Source of the DNA: Antedon mediterranea | Lineage: Eukaryota > Animalia > Echinodermata | DNA: 64,000 nucleotides | Direction: 5' to 3' | NCBI RefSeq assembly: GCF_964355755.1 | Contig: NC_092677.1 | Location: 11,554,101-11,618,100, forward strand | Part shown: in pieces, positions 35,301-43,175 of the stretch | Layout of the letters: every line of letters begins with the position of its first letter | How positions within the stretch are numbered: position 1 is the stretch's first letter | Translations under genes and position numbers: made by a program | The notes under the pieces: model-generated | Database searches by the model: none | What the model saw: the letters and a program-made list of their open reading frames with translations, nothing else | What the model was told of the DNA's origin: nothing

Positions 35301-37373
35301 CGTCATGGTCACCTAAAGGTAAGTCACCTTTTTGACGCACGGGTATTCAAAAGTATGACGCACATCTGACAAATGACGCACCTCTCCCGGGGGTCGTATA
35401 GTGGGTCATGCAATTGACAAGTGCATTATATTATTAAGAATTTTAATAAAATTGTTAAATAGGAACTTTCGGTTCCAGGCACACTTCAATTCTCAACACA
35501 TTATGCTAATAATATGATTTAATAGAAATTTTGGACTGTACATTCATCTTCCACGTATGTATGCAACCAGTTTGTTTAATAATAATAGTACATTTTTCCC
35601 AGGGCTCTTACTGTACAGTAGATGCTGTTTTTAATTTGTGTAATTTAAGTTGTTAAAAATACAGTGACATAATTTATCAATATGCATGTATGTTTTCATT
35701 CAGAATTAATCAAGCACAAAATATAAAAAGTATAAAAATATTGGATATTATTAAATTTGTGAGTTAACTTATGTCTATTTGGTCCACCATCTGTATACTG
35801 TATTATCATCACTACGTAGTTTTAATTGTCGTAGACCTTTATGGTATTTTTACTTGCTTTCAAAAGTTATTGTTACTTCTTATTTAATGGTTTTATGTAC
35901 TGGGCCTACAGTATGTGCAATCATTGATTGGATATATTATTATTATTATTGGTGGATTATAAATGTTTTTATTATTATTAATATTTTATTAATATTATTA
36001 TACCGGCCCTAAGCTTATTATTTTATTTTTAGTTTTCTAGGAAGTGGGCACAGTCAATTTTCCAAAACCATATGAATACTCACGTTACTACATCCTTCTG
36101 AAATTTGTGAATCATCCTAAAAAGGGGAAAAAAACAAAAAACAAAACTTTTTTATTTTTTGGTAATTACCAATAGTAATAAAGTAGTAAAGTAATCAGAT
36201 AGGTGGTAATTTTGTGAACCAATTCACCGGGGTAATAACACCCTACAGTAAACCAGGTACCAGGTGACAATGCCAGGCAACATAATGTAGTTTTTTTCTC
36301 CTTTATTAAGACTAAAGAGATTGTAGATAAAGATAAGATAAAGTCATAGCCATGATCTTTTACATAGAGTGGCATGAAGTGAAAAGGTACATTGTGCGAA
36401 TCAATTAAAATGCACAGTACTTATAAAATAATTCACTAAAGCCACTAGTCAACAATTGAGCTATTTGGGTAGTGCTTACTTTATACAAACATATTAGGCT
36501 AGTCATGGTTCATTTAATCTGGCATTTCAATTCTTTTATTCTTTATATAATGGGGTCTTTGGACCAAAAAGACGATGATGTGGCAAACACTAAATAACAG
36601 GTTGTTGTACATGCTAAAAAAAAAATAAGCAACAGTGATTTTAGTTTAAAAAAAAATCCTGTTATACATAGGATTTTATATAGCTATAGTATATGAGGCC
36701 TCTGGGCCCTAGTAGGCCCATTCTTTTTTTTATCAATCTCCACAGTAATTAATAATAATAGGGGTTAGGGCCTAGATAGGCCTCTCTACTAGCTAGGCCT
36801 AGCCTAGTTAGTAATGTTCAAGTATTCACAGATTTTACTTACAACACGATCATTTTGTAGGCAGTCTAGAACAGCAAAATTGCTTCCTTTTGAGTGCTTT
36901 CCGCACAACAGTTGAACATCTTCCACGCAGAGTGGGTGGTCTGCAATGCGAAACTGTTTGCTTCCTATTTTTGGTAATTTCTTGGCAAATTTCTTTGCAC
37001 CAGGCACTCCGACATTCCCATTCAACTGTTGCTGAGCTAACTCATTCTGTGCCATACCACTACGGGCCTTTTGAAACTTTGCTAATCCAGCCTGTGGTTG
37101 AGGGTAGCCAGCAGGCCCAAGCCCTGGTTGCTGCTGGTCATACTGCATCTGAGGCATTCCTCTGTTGCCTCCACCAAATTGTTGCTGAGCCTGAGGAGGC
37201 AAACCATTTTGTCCTCCCAGTTGTTGAGCGGGAAGGTCTCTTTTCTGCCGTGATACCGTGTCTTTCATTACATCACGGATATTAAATTTGTTATCATTTT
37301 TGGAATGTACACCTAAAAATAATGAAATAAATAGCATATATATTGCCAACACGACACGTAGGTTCAACGCCAT
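8230..37373 (-). CDS. GLG1: Golgi apparatus protein 1 (GLG1/MG-160/ESL-1/cysteine-rich FGF receptor), complete 22-exon gene, 1209 aa
   Basis: Signal peptide, Q/G-rich N-terminus, many Cys-rich GLG1 repeats, one TM helix and the tail CGRVTKHVRAEVKNK*. Exons 5'->3': 36843-37373, 36084-36116, 32498-32584, 31963-32190, 27328-27582, 26936-27116, 26327-26538, 25239-25360, 24386-24487, 23278-23446, 22654-22791, 22072-22221, 17992-18105, 17501-17589, 17047-17161, 15963-16193, 15338-15417, 14819-15002, 14094-14306, 13713-13833, 9351-9457, 8230-8397. All introns are GT-AG, all phases join, total 3630 nt. Confidence 0.95.
8680..8950 (+). mobile_element. tRNA-derived SINE with a Deu/Nin-type central domain
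   Basis: A box (gaggccgagcggttaag), B box (ggttcgaggc), then ggataaggactataaaccgtaggtcc...ttaaagaacc...gagtaggaggttaccccggtg, which resembles the Deu domain. Partial relatives at ~16560-16670 (-) and ~24900-24990 (+). Confidence 0.75.
9351..9457 (-). CDS. GLG1: GLG1 exon 21
   Basis: tag|MSCLLEALED...EMWEYAAE|gtacgt; phase 1-0. Confidence 0.92.
9518..9671. mobile_element. MITE family A (PIF/Harbinger-like, ~150 bp, TIR AGCTCTGTCTACACTATCAAACT, TAA/TTA TSD)
   Basis: TIRs at both ends and TAA duplication; internal tgtgatgtgcccatatatggacatgatga and actaccatatttggg motifs shared with ~10 other copies. Confidence 0.85.
10741..12236. repeat. 30-bp minisatellite, ~50 copies
   Basis: Unit ~TCTTTGTCTGTGGATGGTCTTAYACCCCCT; generates the spurious SLSVDGLTPP ORFs. 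Confidence 0.97.
12405..12790 (+). pseudogene. Frameshifted remnant of an Academ-type transposase (XPG/PIN-like nuclease region)
   Basis: RENRGKG...FFRCNENEQELSEFL...VVSTL followed, after a frameshift, by CNIKEANERMLLY. This resembles the RxxRGKG/FLRxxENKxELFxFL/CxHEEADTRMLLH pattern recalled for this family. Lies inside the TIR element. Confidence 0.6.
13713..13833 (-). CDS. GLG1: GLG1 exon 20
   Basis: tag|QVVRLLTEAHADIQVDPLLHKSCALDIKHYC...GEGR|gtaagt; phase 0-1. Confidence 0.93.
14094..14306 (-). CDS. GLG1: GLG1 exon 19
   Basis: cag|KLTRSCNER...ALDFRMDPLL...KCKM|gtatgt. Confidence 0.92.
14819..15002 (-). CDS. GLG1: GLG1 exon 18
   Basis: tag|CKEVLTKRQISKMQDYRLNPMLAKAC...QHTHK|gtaaat; phase 2-0. 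Confidence 0.92.
15338..15417 (-). CDS. GLG1: GLG1 exon 17
   Basis: cag|QFCQGSSPQEIFKCLKQRK...MDV|gtaagg; phase 0-2. Confidence 0.9.
15963..16193 (-). CDS. GLG1: GLG1 exon 16
   Basis: tag|SENIKLDPELNKAC...MHVCKRMIK|gtttgt. Confidence 0.9.
17047..17161 (-). CDS. GLG1: GLG1 exon 15
   Basis: tag|AAVISCLSQIVRDDTL...CRKQLKFEELQK|gtatt; phase 2-0. Confidence 0.92.
17501..17589 (-). CDS. GLG1: GLG1 exon 14
   Basis: tag|LELKDYKFSFKFKEACRSDV...|gtaagt; phase 0-2. Confidence 0.92.
17992..18105 (-). CDS. GLG1: GLG1 exon 13
   Basis: tag|EHLKQQLSEGVLMDCLIQHK...CAAGVEHFQL|gtaag. Confidence 0.92.
18378..18538. mobile_element. MITE family A, full copy (partial copy at ~18123-18250)
   Basis: TIRs and TAA TSD. 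Confidence 0.85.
19763..19789 (-). CDS. GLG1: Candidate alternative 27-nt GLG1 micro-exon (DQKPASKYR)
   Basis: ttatttttatgtacag|GAC...AGG|gtgagt; in frame, phase 0-0, in the phase-0 intron between exons 12 and 13; no transcript evidence available. Confidence 0.55.
20152..20190 (-). CDS. GLG1: Candidate alternative 39-nt GLG1 micro-exon (DNPCYITMYCVTA)
   Basis: Pyrimidine tract, then cagtag|GAC...GCA|gtgagt; phase 0-0; no transcript evidence available. Confidence 0.35.
21702..21841. mobile_element. MITE family A, full copy
   Basis: TIRs and TTA TSD. Confidence 0.85.
22072..22221 (-). CDS. GLG1: GLG1 exon 12
   Basis: tag|EMACLQDNL...KACSPMLAKFCK|gtgagt. Confidence 0.92.
22323..22637. mobile_element. 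Kolobok-like MITE (AG...CT termini, TTAA TSD)
   Basis: ttaa|AGATGTATT...AATACATCT|ttaa; relatives at ~700-1040, ~26800-26880 and 37695-38017. Confidence 0.7.
22654..22791 (-). CDS. GLG1: GLG1 exon 11
   Basis: tag|LSSECKVQMHRALRQRA...KHEKGE|gtaat. Confidence 0.92.
23278..23446 (-). CDS. GLG1: GLG1 exon 10
   Basis: tag|LDPQLYKACQQNAKEYC...GLVFSCL...ADGT|gtaagt; phase 2-0. Confidence 0.92.
23848..23986. mobile_element. MITE family A, inserted at the centre of a larger palindrome (~23763-24070)
   Basis: TIRs present; the ~85-bp flanks are reverse complements of each other. Confidence 0.8.
24386..24487 (-). CDS. GLG1: GLG1 exon 9
   Basis: cag|VLACLMDNL...LQYFITRDF|gtaat; phase 2-2. Confidence 0.92.
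24609..24762. mobile_element. MITE family A, full copy
   Basis: TIRs and TTA TSD. Confidence 0.85.
25239..25360 (-). CDS. GLG1: GLG1 exon 8
   Basis: cag|LKELVKETDAGQDVRIDSALQKAC...KGNA|gtagg; phase 0-2. Confidence 0.9.
25586..25734. repeat. 36-bp tandem repeat, 4 copies
   Basis: (ACCGTTCATATTACTACTATAGCCCTAATAATTTTT)4. Confidence 0.92.
26327..26538 (-). CDS. GLG1: GLG1 exon 7
   Basis: cag|GKKVSGECQGEMFDQRKQLMEDY...GRCKAA|gtaagt; phase 1-0. Confidence 0.92.
26936..27116 (-). CDS. GLG1: GLG1 exon 6
   Basis: cag|CRTELTKKQKLTAQDYRVN...LLCLELNIKQ+G|gttag; phase 0-1. Confidence 0.9.
27328..27582 (-). CDS. GLG1: GLG1 exon 5
   Basis: cag|KRPPPHTQGAVIKCL...DYHLDRPLYFACRDDRDRFC...KEMKEE|gtaat. Confidence 0.93.
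27600..28052. repeat. Local ~180-bp direct duplication in GLG1 intron 4
   Basis: tttcacatagttaaatacagtaaa...acagaacactactgt...cgaaatgttatcaaa...cacattaaaact occurs twice. Confidence 0.85.
27921..28012 (-). mobile_element. ~92-bp Helentron-associated (HINE/DINE-1-like) element
   Basis: On the minus strand: TT insertion site, 5' hairpin agttgcatgtaatgcgact, GGTC microsatellite, ggccttg 3' end. Absent from the adjacent paralogous copy of a local duplication. Confidence 0.55.
28426..29229. mobile_element. Tc1/mariner-like non-autonomous element (~800 bp)
   Basis: ta|CAGTA...TACTG|ta with imperfect TIRs sharing gtttatacaacac. Confidence 0.6.
29330..29660. mobile_element. MITE family B (ggggacacc motifs) containing a 17-bp tandem array at ~29345-29540
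   Basis: (CTATTCAGGGGACACCT)n, ~11 copies; related fragments at ~6687-6880, ~24780-24880, ~26020-26305, ~32340-32490, ~43735-43860. Confidence 0.75.
30408..30597. mobile_element. MITE family A, full copy with an extra internal repeat
   Basis: TIRs, TWA flanks. Confidence 0.85.
31963..32190 (-). CDS. GLG1: GLG1 exon 4
   Basis: tag|FKDCSTLPQGKGLVLPCL...CGDVSHPVLDKSA|gtaagt; 228 nt. Confidence 0.9.
32498..32584 (-). CDS. GLG1: GLG1 exon 3
   Basis: cag|FLWHYKYNLTMDVRFESAATEVCKDALTK|gtaac. Confidence 0.9.
32975..34880. mobile_element. ~1.9-kb TIR element with nested insertions in GLG1 intron 2
   Basis: TIR AGGCCAAATAAAAAAA..ATACTTGTTAAGCGTCAC at both ends; TSD not cleanly resolved; superfamily uncertain. 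Confidence 0.75.
33912..34542. mobile_element. Nested hAT-like MITE with a 6-bp TSD
   Basis: tgtaaa|CAGCCCACGAA...TTCGTGGGCTG|tgtaaa; repeated gccgacct subterminal motifs. Confidence 0.75.
35098..35425. mobile_element. MITE with ~52-bp TIRs and TTA TSD
   Basis: tta|TGCACTTGTCAATTGYATGACCCACTATACGACCCCCGGGAGAGGTGCGTCAT...|tta; many internal tgacgca motifs. Confidence 0.85.
36084..36116 (-). CDS. GLG1: GLG1 exon 2 (33 nt)
   Basis: ttag|DDSQISEGCSN|gtgagt; phase 0-0; supplies the Cys expected before FLWHYK. Confidence 0.85.
36843..37373 (-). CDS. GLG1: GLG1 exon 1 (signal peptide, Q/G-rich region, start of first Cys repeat)
   Basis: MALNLRVVLAIYMLFISLFLGVHS...NFAVLDCLQNDRV then gtaagt; 531 nt, phase 0. 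Confidence 0.92.
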
Positions 37374-38300
37374 CTTGGTGGTGGAGAGAGAGCTTGAGTG
37401 ACGATATTTTTGTCATTACTACTTTATGAAGCGCCCTCTAAATTATAATGTGGAAATTAAATCGAAAATCGATCAGAGCAGGAAGAGCGGACGACGTCGA
37501 TCGATTAAAGAACGTCTATTTTATGGTGTACCACCAGTGTCAAAGGAGGTTTCATTAAAAACAGTTTGGATGTCCATAAAACAGAAGAGTGAAAAACTAG
37601 GTATGCCATTATTATGTTTATTTATTTATTCACACACGCGATGTCATTTAAAGCAAAACATAGTATTAGTAAATGGGTTTTTGGTTGAAATTAAAGATGT
37701 ATTGTCCCCCCAAAAACATGAAAAATGAAGATTAATTAAATCAGACTTTTAATATGTTATTTTGTAGTTTTAATAAATTTAATCACTTCAGTGAAAAAAA
37801 AACTTAGAACATTTCAAAATAAATAGTTAAATTCAACCAAAACCCCATTGGCTGGCAGCCATTTTGACCATTTTTTGCTTTAAATTACTGTTTCTGATCA
37901 GGTAAATACATTTTTTTCCCAATCCAATTTTTGGTCAAAGTGGATATCTATGTTACATTAAAATGGCATATTCAACAAAAATGTTCTTAAGATTTTTTTT
38001 TCAGGGGGACAATACATAACCTTTTATTTCATTTTATAAGTAAACATCATTTTCGGGTTTTTTTTCCGACGGAAGTGAGTAACTTTGTTCAAACTACAAA
38101 ATGATCTATTCTGATTTTATTATACTTAATTCTTCATGGTTTTGGGGAAAATACAGGTTTATATTTAGTCGATGGCACTGTACCATTTATACTGAATATA
38201 CTATACTGTAAAATATAAGCCGACACACAGCAGGCAACCAAAGCGTTCCATACGTATTAGCTGTGTCTGTGAAATCGATCGCAACGCAACGGTAAACAAT
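37374..38300. promoter_or_regulatory. Putative bidirectional promoter between GLG1 and the Sel1-repeat gene
   Basis: Divergent ATGs 927 bp apart; CpG-richer patches next to both starts; YY1-like AAGATGGCG and AATATGGCG overlap the two start codons; ETS-like CGGAAGTG at 38070-38077. Confidence 0.65.
37695..38017. mobile_element. Kolobok-like MITE nested in an older inverted copy (~37660-38160) within the divergent promoter
   Basis: ttaa|AGATGTATTGTCCCC...GGGGACAATACAT; body is the reverse complement of 22323-22637. Confidence 0.7.
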
Positions 38301-38495
38301 ATGGCGACAAGTGGAGAAACAGAAACGCTTCTGCGGCACCGTTCTTCAACAAGTAGTGAACAAAAAGAAGACAAAATGCATTGGACCGACGATGAAGGTG
38401 ATTCTGATTTTGATGACCCAAGTTTACCGTATGGAGGAAAAGTTTTTCTGGCCAGAAAAAAGAAACCAGACACACTGTTGGTCCGATTTATCGAG
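38301..38495 (+). CDS. Sel1-repeat membrane protein exon 1
   Basis: aatATGG start; MATSGE...LVRFIE|gttggt. Confidence 0.8.
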
Positions 38496-40548
38496 GTTGG
38501 TGGTTAATTTAATGTACTTTGTATGCGCTCATTACACGACGCGCGAGGTCGAGGATGATTTTGACTAGAAAATTAATATAAAACCAGTCCAGTTAAAATT
38601 TCCACTTTTGGACTTCTTTATTGCATTAAAAATGTATAAATATAATATTAAATGGAAATTACGTTGTGACTGATGACTTCTTCCATTATTCATTAAAATT
38701 AAAAAGGACTTTCATATGTTATGCTCATCAAGTATTGTAGGCTGGAGCTACAATACATCAATCAATAACATACAATACACAAAAGTGCTGTTTCTTTTGT
38801 GTGGTGTGTCTATAATAAAATTATAATCATGCACCTTTTGTTATATTTATTGCAACGATAATAAATAAGAAGCAATAGTTTATAAATATGTATGAGTTTT
38901 AATTAATATTCATGAGTTGCTGGTATATTGAAATAAAATGATACAGTATTTGTTTTAAATATTTTTACAGTACAGTACATGCATAAAATAATATTTATAT
39001 ATATTTTTAATACACAGGAAAAACAATGAATTAAAAACATTTCAATCAGATATTTATCAGATGTAGAGCATTGAAAAACTGTTGAAAACAAATAATAATT
39101 TTAAAGGATAAAACAAATTCAGGTTATAATGGGATTCCCCTCCCCATCTCTCTGAATCAGCCACTGAAAAGTATACTATTAGATACAATATATGTATAAA
39201 ATAAATAAAATAAAAATATCTAAGTTGTAATATTTTTAATTCATTATTGAAGATTAAAAAATTGCTTAAAGAAAAAAAATGTAAAATAAAATTTGTTTGA
39301 CAGATGTGTGTTATTGTGGGTTTAGTCCTGTTTGTCTACTACTCCTACTATCATTTTGAGAACCTGAGATTTCATGTGAACCACGCCTATGCTCACATCG
39401 GCCACACCCATGCTATGCATCTGGTTGGACAACGCTACTTGGATGGCATCGGAATTGATAAGGATCACAGCCAGGCCATGAGATGGTTTAGGTACAACTT
39501 CCATCAATTCAATAATGTTTTGTAGGGGGAGAGGTGCCAATCCCATAGTATGGTTGTGGGGGAGGATGATCCCCATTTTTTTAGAGTGTCCTAATCATGA
39601 TTAACCCCCCCCCCCCCCCCACCCCCACACACTAAATGTTGAGGAAAAAAAAGCAATGCAATAGAGCATATATATATATATATATTATAATTCTTAGTAT
39701 AATTGTCTTACCTTAATTGTTAATTCATTTGATTTTTGTCCATGATTCCAACTAATATATATATATATATACATATGATACGCCATGTGTGCCAAAATTA
39801 CCAATATTAAGCTGAATCACCATCTGTAAGAACCTAGACTAGATGAGGGACCTAGCCTCTTCTTTTGTGAATTAAAAAAAAAAATTGACATATTTATTTT
39901 TTGAAAAAGAAGTATATTTTATTATTTATTTTAATTCTTTATTTTGGTCAAATGTTAACATTTTATTTATAAATGAATTTTACTTGAAATGAAATGAGCA
40001 GAAGTGATGCTCTAATGTCTGTGATTACGTCTGTATCATGGTATGTACATATTGTATACTTTAGGTATGCTGCAGATCGTAATCACCCGCATGCTGCTCA
40101 CAACCTCGCTGTCGCCCATCTGCAAGGTTACTCAACAGACATCAAAGATAAAGAGTAAGTAGGCCTAACAACAATTCTCTTTTACGTGTTCATTCGATAA
40201 AAATTTGGACAGGTACAATTAATGTACATAAGTAAACACTGATATTTACAAAGCAAATTAAAAACTGTTGTCATTATTTCAAACTAGTTTGACAAAAATA
40301 AGTGTGATGTTCCCAAATATGGTAGTGATATGGTCAAATATAGTAGTGGTATTACATCATCATGTCTATATATGGGCACATCACGATTTTACAGAGCTTA
40401 CAGTGATATAATAATCTATGATTTTATTTCTTTTTATGTTGATTTATTTAACAGAGAAGCGAAGCAGTTGCTGGAATTTGCAGCCGGCAAAGGTGTTAAA
40501 GAATCAAAAGATGCCTTGAGAAAGTTGTGTCAATTTGGTAACTGTTAG
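38301..40548 (+). CDS. Uncharacterised 188-aa single-pass membrane protein with C-terminal Sel1-like repeats; 4 exons
   Basis: Exons 38301-38495, 39304-39491, 40065-40154, 40455-40548 are GT-AG with phases 0,2,2 (567 nt). Acidic N-terminus, basic RKKK, hydrophobic MCVIVGLVLFVYYSYY, then SEL1-like repeats AMHLVGQRYLDGIGIDKDHSQAMRWFRYAADRNH and AAHNLAVAHLQG...EAKQLLEFAAGKG. Confidence 0.88.
39304..39491 (+). CDS. Sel1-repeat membrane protein exon 2
   Basis: gacag|MCVIVG...AMRWF+AG|gtacaa. Confidence 0.87.
40065..40154 (+). CDS. Sel1-repeat membrane protein exon 3
   Basis: tttag|G+YAADRNHPHAAHNLAVAHLQGYSTDIKDK+GA|gtaagt. Confidence 0.87.
40455..40548 (+). CDS. Sel1-repeat membrane protein exon 4
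   Basis: aacag|A+EAKQLLEFAAGKGVKESKDALRKLCQFGNC, then TAG. Confidence 0.85.
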
Positions 40549-41362
40549 TTACTGTGTTATATGCATACACAAAATATTATGCAATATTGAATTACCTAAA
40601 GCTCTGTCTACACTATCACACTTCATTTGACAAAAAATGTGATGTGCCCATATATGGACATGATGATGCCATAGTACTACTTTTTTTAAAATTCTATCTA
40701 TGAACCATGTTAAAACCAGATACTCCAGTTGCCAAAAACTACTCCTAACCCATTTTGGAGTTTAGGGGTTTTGATGGTTAAATAATAAATAAAAATTTAG
40801 AGAAACATCACACATATTTTAGTGGATGGTAGAGTGATGATAAATAAAATATCTTTTACTGAAAAATACGAAAAAACAATCACCTTATTTAACGCAAGTT
40901 TATTTTCTTTTAACAAAAACTTTGTTGCCCAAATAGAGGGCGCTATATACATTATTGTAACTACTGTATTTAAACAAACATCTTTGCATCTTTCCATAAA
41001 ATAAACAAAATATAAATACGTTTTTATCTGCAGCAGACAAGGCCCAACTTAGGGTTTTAACACCTATTATTTATTGAATAGCACTATCAAAGTAGTCATA
41101 GTTAAACGTAGTTTGGTCAAGTGTCATGTGCATTATTATTATTATTAATATTATTATTATTAGTGTTGTTGTTATTATTATTATACATTATCATTTCAAT
41201 TTTCAAATGTGTTTTATGATGTTTGTTAACAATCGTCATTTATGATGATATCCATTTAAAATTAAACAATTTGTACAACTCGAAAAATATGTTGTTTATT
41301 ATTTTTTTATGCATACGGTTATTTCTCTGTAATCGGAAAAATACGGTATTTGATTATTCTAA

Positions 41363-41497
41363 AGCTCTGTCCACACTATCAAACTTTATGTGACAAGAAA
41401 ATGCGATGTGCTCATATATAGACATGATGATGTCATATCACTACCATATTTGAGCACATCACACTTTTTTGTCAAACTAGTTTGATAGTGTAGAAAG
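41363..41497. mobile_element. MITE family A (further partial copies at ~1400-1530, ~40270-40400, ~40600-40680)
   Basis: Left TIR intact, right TIR eroded; same internal motifs. Confidence 0.8.
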
Positions 41498-42809
41498 ATA
41501 TGAATACGAGAAATGCAATGTTTTGTAATTAACGCATATCATTGTTATAATTAATACAATATACAATAATGATAATTTATTTGTAAGCTATGCTTTCAGT
41601 GCTTACTATAAAAGATAATTTATACTTTAAAAAAACACGATCCCTGTTTTAAGCAATTGGTGATATTGAAAACGTCACAACTTTTTGCGATACTAGAAAA
41701 GCACAAATCAGATCACACGGAATTTATCGCGCGAATTCGTATAGTTCAAAGCCTGTTTTCCACTAGAGGCGGCGTATTGTGTCAATCAACATCACTTTAC
41801 TTAGTTCTGATTGGTTATGCAATTTATCACGTCACACTTTCGATTCGCAAACAAATTCGGCGAGCCTCATGCATTGTTTCTGTGAATATTATTATTATGC
41901 CTACTAATGGATTTGCTAAGTGTAGGAATCATTAACTGCCAATCAAGACTTTGGCCCGGTTATTGACGTTAGATCTGATGTTTTGGTTGATACTGTTATT
42001 AACTGCGCATTAACATTTGTAGGTAAAGTGGTGATTCAACTTGTGATGCCAAACCCGTGCCTATAGTATCTCAATGATGGTGAAAATGTCGATAAATCTA
42101 AATTATCTACACGACACACTTTTTAATACGAATAATACTTTTTTTGTTATAACGGAGGGCTGATAATCTATAGAATAACAATTGACATTTGAACGGATTT
42201 AAAGAAAACCATCGAACGATCACTTTTGTTGGCAATTAACAGACAAAATAATATTTTTTTAACCTTTAAATTGTTGACCTTAATATTATATCTTAATGAT
42301 AGTTTTATTTTTATTTGTGATACATATCTAACTCTACCAATGGTATCGACCACTGTAACCAGACGATCTAGTTATCTCTTACTCGTATATATATAAATTT
42401 ATATATTTATAAATATTTATTCATGTACTTTTATACTTTGGTTGAATAAATATTATGAAACTGAACTGAATGAAATTAGTCCATACGCGTAACAAACAAC
42501 AGGCGCGCCCACATGCATGATGACACGCGATATTACAGATTATAGCATAGATACAGACAGTTTGTATAATTTATATATTGCTCATTATTTTGCAGTTGTC
42601 CTTCCATATTCGCATTATGTGAACAGGAAATGATAGGAATAATGAATCATTAGTATGACACACGTACCTGATGAATCTTTTTAATTAACCTTTATTTCGT
42701 TATTATTGCGCGAAAGCAATTTTGTTTGTTGCCATTGTATAGCTACAAGTAATTAATACTCGGTCTTTGAATTTTGATTATTTATTTCACTTCAAACTAG
42801 GTAGGACCT

Positions 42810-43175
42810 AATACCACTTGAGCACAACGAAGGGCGTAAGCGCAACGCAAGTAGTAATCACGACGCGTGGATATGTCGACCTGGCGCTTGTGATTGGTCA
42901 ACTCACGTACGGCTAAAGCGTGGTTTCCCCACCACTAGGTCGCAACGTAGCGACGTATCGACGCAAAATGTTGTATTACGTAATCACAAGTGGGAACCGA
43001 CGACGCAACAGCGCTGCAAACATCGCAGGTTTGATTTCACGCAGGTGGACGCAAACTAAATTATTAGAAGGGCATTTGCTTACGTTGCGTAGATTGCGTC
43101 GCTAGTGGGAACCAAGCTTTAGCCTCAGCGCCTACGTCATTACGCTGCGTCCAAGTACTGGGAAACAAACTTAAT
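42810..43175. mobile_element. Degenerate Harbinger-like MITE(s), family D (agtgggaaccaagct termini, acgcaacg motifs)
   Basis: Relatives at ~4960-5062, ~43880-44020, ~45530-45655 and 49500-49720. Confidence 0.65.

Noticed and set aside
36890-37285. 131-aa plus-strand ORF
   Set aside because: Antisense shadow of GLG1 exon 1 with a non-ATG start and no independent coding signal
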